Assembly (NCBI RefSeq): GCF_003704095.1 | Contig: NW_020845073.1 | Coordinates: forward strand, 620,001 to 684,000 | DNA length: 64,000 nt | Direction of reading: 5' to 3' | DNA from: Pocillopora damicornis | Lineage: Eukaryota | Shown here: in pieces, positions 62,090-64,000 of the stretch | Layout of the letters: every line of letters starts with the position of its first letter | Position numbering within the stretch: the stretch's first letter is position 1 | The notes under the pieces: generated by a model | Seen by the model: the letters and a program-made list of their open reading frames with translations, nothing else | Database searches by the model: none | What the model was told of the DNA's origin: nothing | Translations under genes and position numbers: made by a program

Positions 62090-63595
62090 CGTGTCTCACT
62101 CGTGGTTTACTCTCGCTCGATGAAAATCCTTACTCAAATAAAGTTTGTTTTGTTTGTTTGCTTTTGTTTTCGTTTTGGTATTTGCTCTGTTTGAAGTAGT
62201 TTTTCTCTCAAATTAGACTTTGAAATAATCTAAATTTCCAAAGCTCCGAATTTCGATACTAATCGCATCGATAGCTGAAGCAAATGATTTTGTTTTGAGC
62301 GAAAATCCATGGAAACCATCTCTTACGAGTTTTTCGTCATACAGAGCGAGGAAACCTTCGATAGCTCGTGCACGGTAAGCTTAACAGGAATTTGATGATA
62401 AATCTAATTCTGAAATACTACAACGTTGTCCAAACTCTAGAACTGTGAGAATTTTGAAAGCTTTTCCCTTCGAAAACTAGCTAACACAAAAATATGATGC
62501 CAAATGAAAAATTTACTTGCAAAATGCTTTCCACATCCCAAAGATGCCAAGCAAGTATGCAGGCGAAAAAAAAATGATCCTTTGTGATAACTAAACAGAG
62601 CTCCCTAACTTCTTCGACACAAAAAGAGTCATTGATATACGGCTTATAATCTAATTGTGCCTTGACAGTCTTACTCAGGAACGTGTAGATTCATTGAAGT
62701 GAGCAGAAAAGTCCTCTCCTTTCATTCATCCAAAGAAAACGAGTTTGATGCTTCCAGTAACTTTGGATGGTGATAACTACGTTAGTAAAGATGATTTGGT
62801 GAAGACAGAGATGTTGGAGTTCTTCTCTTGTTAGCATATTTCAAGTGAAAAAGGTGTTGAGCTGCAGTCAAAATTCCACATAACTTTGCGAGGCCTGTAA
62901 CCAGAAGTAAGCTGTAAAAATTTCTACTTTTAGTGATTTTCGCAGATTTCAATCTTCCATTCGTGTCGGCTCAGTTTGTGTCGATCTTAATTGTCTTGAA
63001 TGGTAGTGCCTTAACTTACACACTTCCTTCTTTTAAACTGTTGGCAGCAGTGGAAATGAATCGCTGAAATAATGAAATTAACATTCGCACTGATTTACTC
63101 AGAGTTCAGTCTCTTTCACATCACGATTGCGAATTTGAACCCAGTCGAATGTTCAGGTGCTCTCTTAGCCAATCAGAGAAGAGAAAAAGGCAAGGTATTT
63201 GATAAATCAAGAGAGGTTGACCTTAGTGTTGATTGACAGTTAAGAAAGTATTAGGAAGAACAGCAAATCCCTGAATGCTGAATTTCAATGCTGCCCTAAA
63301 TTAAAGTGACCTAAGAAATAACAAATACATCAACAACAAATTTCTGTATTCTGGCAAAACTTTATTGACTTCTACAATGAAAAATACAAAAACGCTAGTT
63401 ATTTACAAGGAATCATGAGCAAAACCGCTATTTACAAGGAACCATGAGCAGATCAACATGTAAACTTTGTTGGCAGATGTTGTGGTCTGATATTTCCTTT
63501 TCTTCACTTGCTTATTTTCATCTTCTACTCGTCTTTTGTGTGCTGATGTACAACACTGAAAAGGAACAGATCCATCATTCAGTAACATAGCTCAC

Positions 63596-63809
63596 TCAAC
63601 CCTTCACACCCCAACATCAGTATGCATATTCTCCATACTGTTCTCTGTGCATTTACTAATGCGCTAACAAGGACAGTTTGCTTAACAATCAAAAGCTTCT
63701 TTAGTTGGTGATCATTTTCTATATTCTCCTGACCTAAATGTTTGATTCAGGGGTGATATTGTAAGGAGAAATGAGATCCTAGTCACTTGCAGGAGTTTAA
63801 AATGATTAA
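63596..63809. mobile_element. piggyBac-type MITE
   Basis: Close match to the 36242-36447 copy (tatgcatattctccatactgttct...aatcaaaagcttctttagttggtgatcatt). Confidence 0.8.
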
Positions 63810-64000
63810 ATTGTGGGGGTGTGAAGTTGACTCTTGCAGAACTATGAATGAAGAATTTCTATGCAAACCCTGGCTTCTGAAAGGATAGTAGATGAACGCA
63901 AATAAAATCAGATGGATGCAAAGAGCAAAACACAAAGTAGTGATGAACTAAAATTTACAATTTTATGACAGAGAATGGAATTTAACATAAAATCATGGCT

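Noticed and set aside
62670-63588. Possible further minus-strand exons (acceptor-like sites near 62912 and 63556)
   Set aside because: I could not build a convincing coding chain; these may be UTR exons or the end of a gene outside the window.

Overview
Eukaryotic, AT-rich, intron-containing animal DNA. The repeat families look like those of a stony coral, probably Pocilloporidae (inference from recalled repeat families, not verified). I reconstructed seven genes by hand from GT/GC-AG junctions and frame continuity. (1) The 5' ten exons of an atypical extended-SDR/NAD-dependent epimerase gene (-). (2) Head-to-head with it, a 15-coding-exon GABP-beta gene (+, ~887 aa). (3) A ~1039-aa orphan bHLH gene with an atypical basic region (-). 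(4) A ~650-aa type I membrane protein with two ependymin/LolA-like domains (-). (5) A 181-aa CD225/dispanin gene with a GC-AG intron (+). (6) A 1754-aa Glu-rich protein, encoded without introns in the CDS, with hierarchical repeats and a paralemmin-like CKCCSVM lipid-anchor end (+). (7) A two-exon coiled-coil protein with an SxIP motif and three 86-aa repeats (-). Introns and intergenic DNA carry many non-autonomous elements: piggyBac-type TTAA MITEs, Harbinger-, hAT-, P- and Crypton-like elements, a Penelope-type hammerhead palindrome and SINE remnants. There is a 10-N gap at 41383-41392. No CRISPR array, rRNA or intact tRNA was found. The best novelty candidates are the giant lipid-anchored repeat protein, the atypical bHLH, the membrane-anchored tandem ependymin/LolA protein and the SxIP coiled-coil protein.
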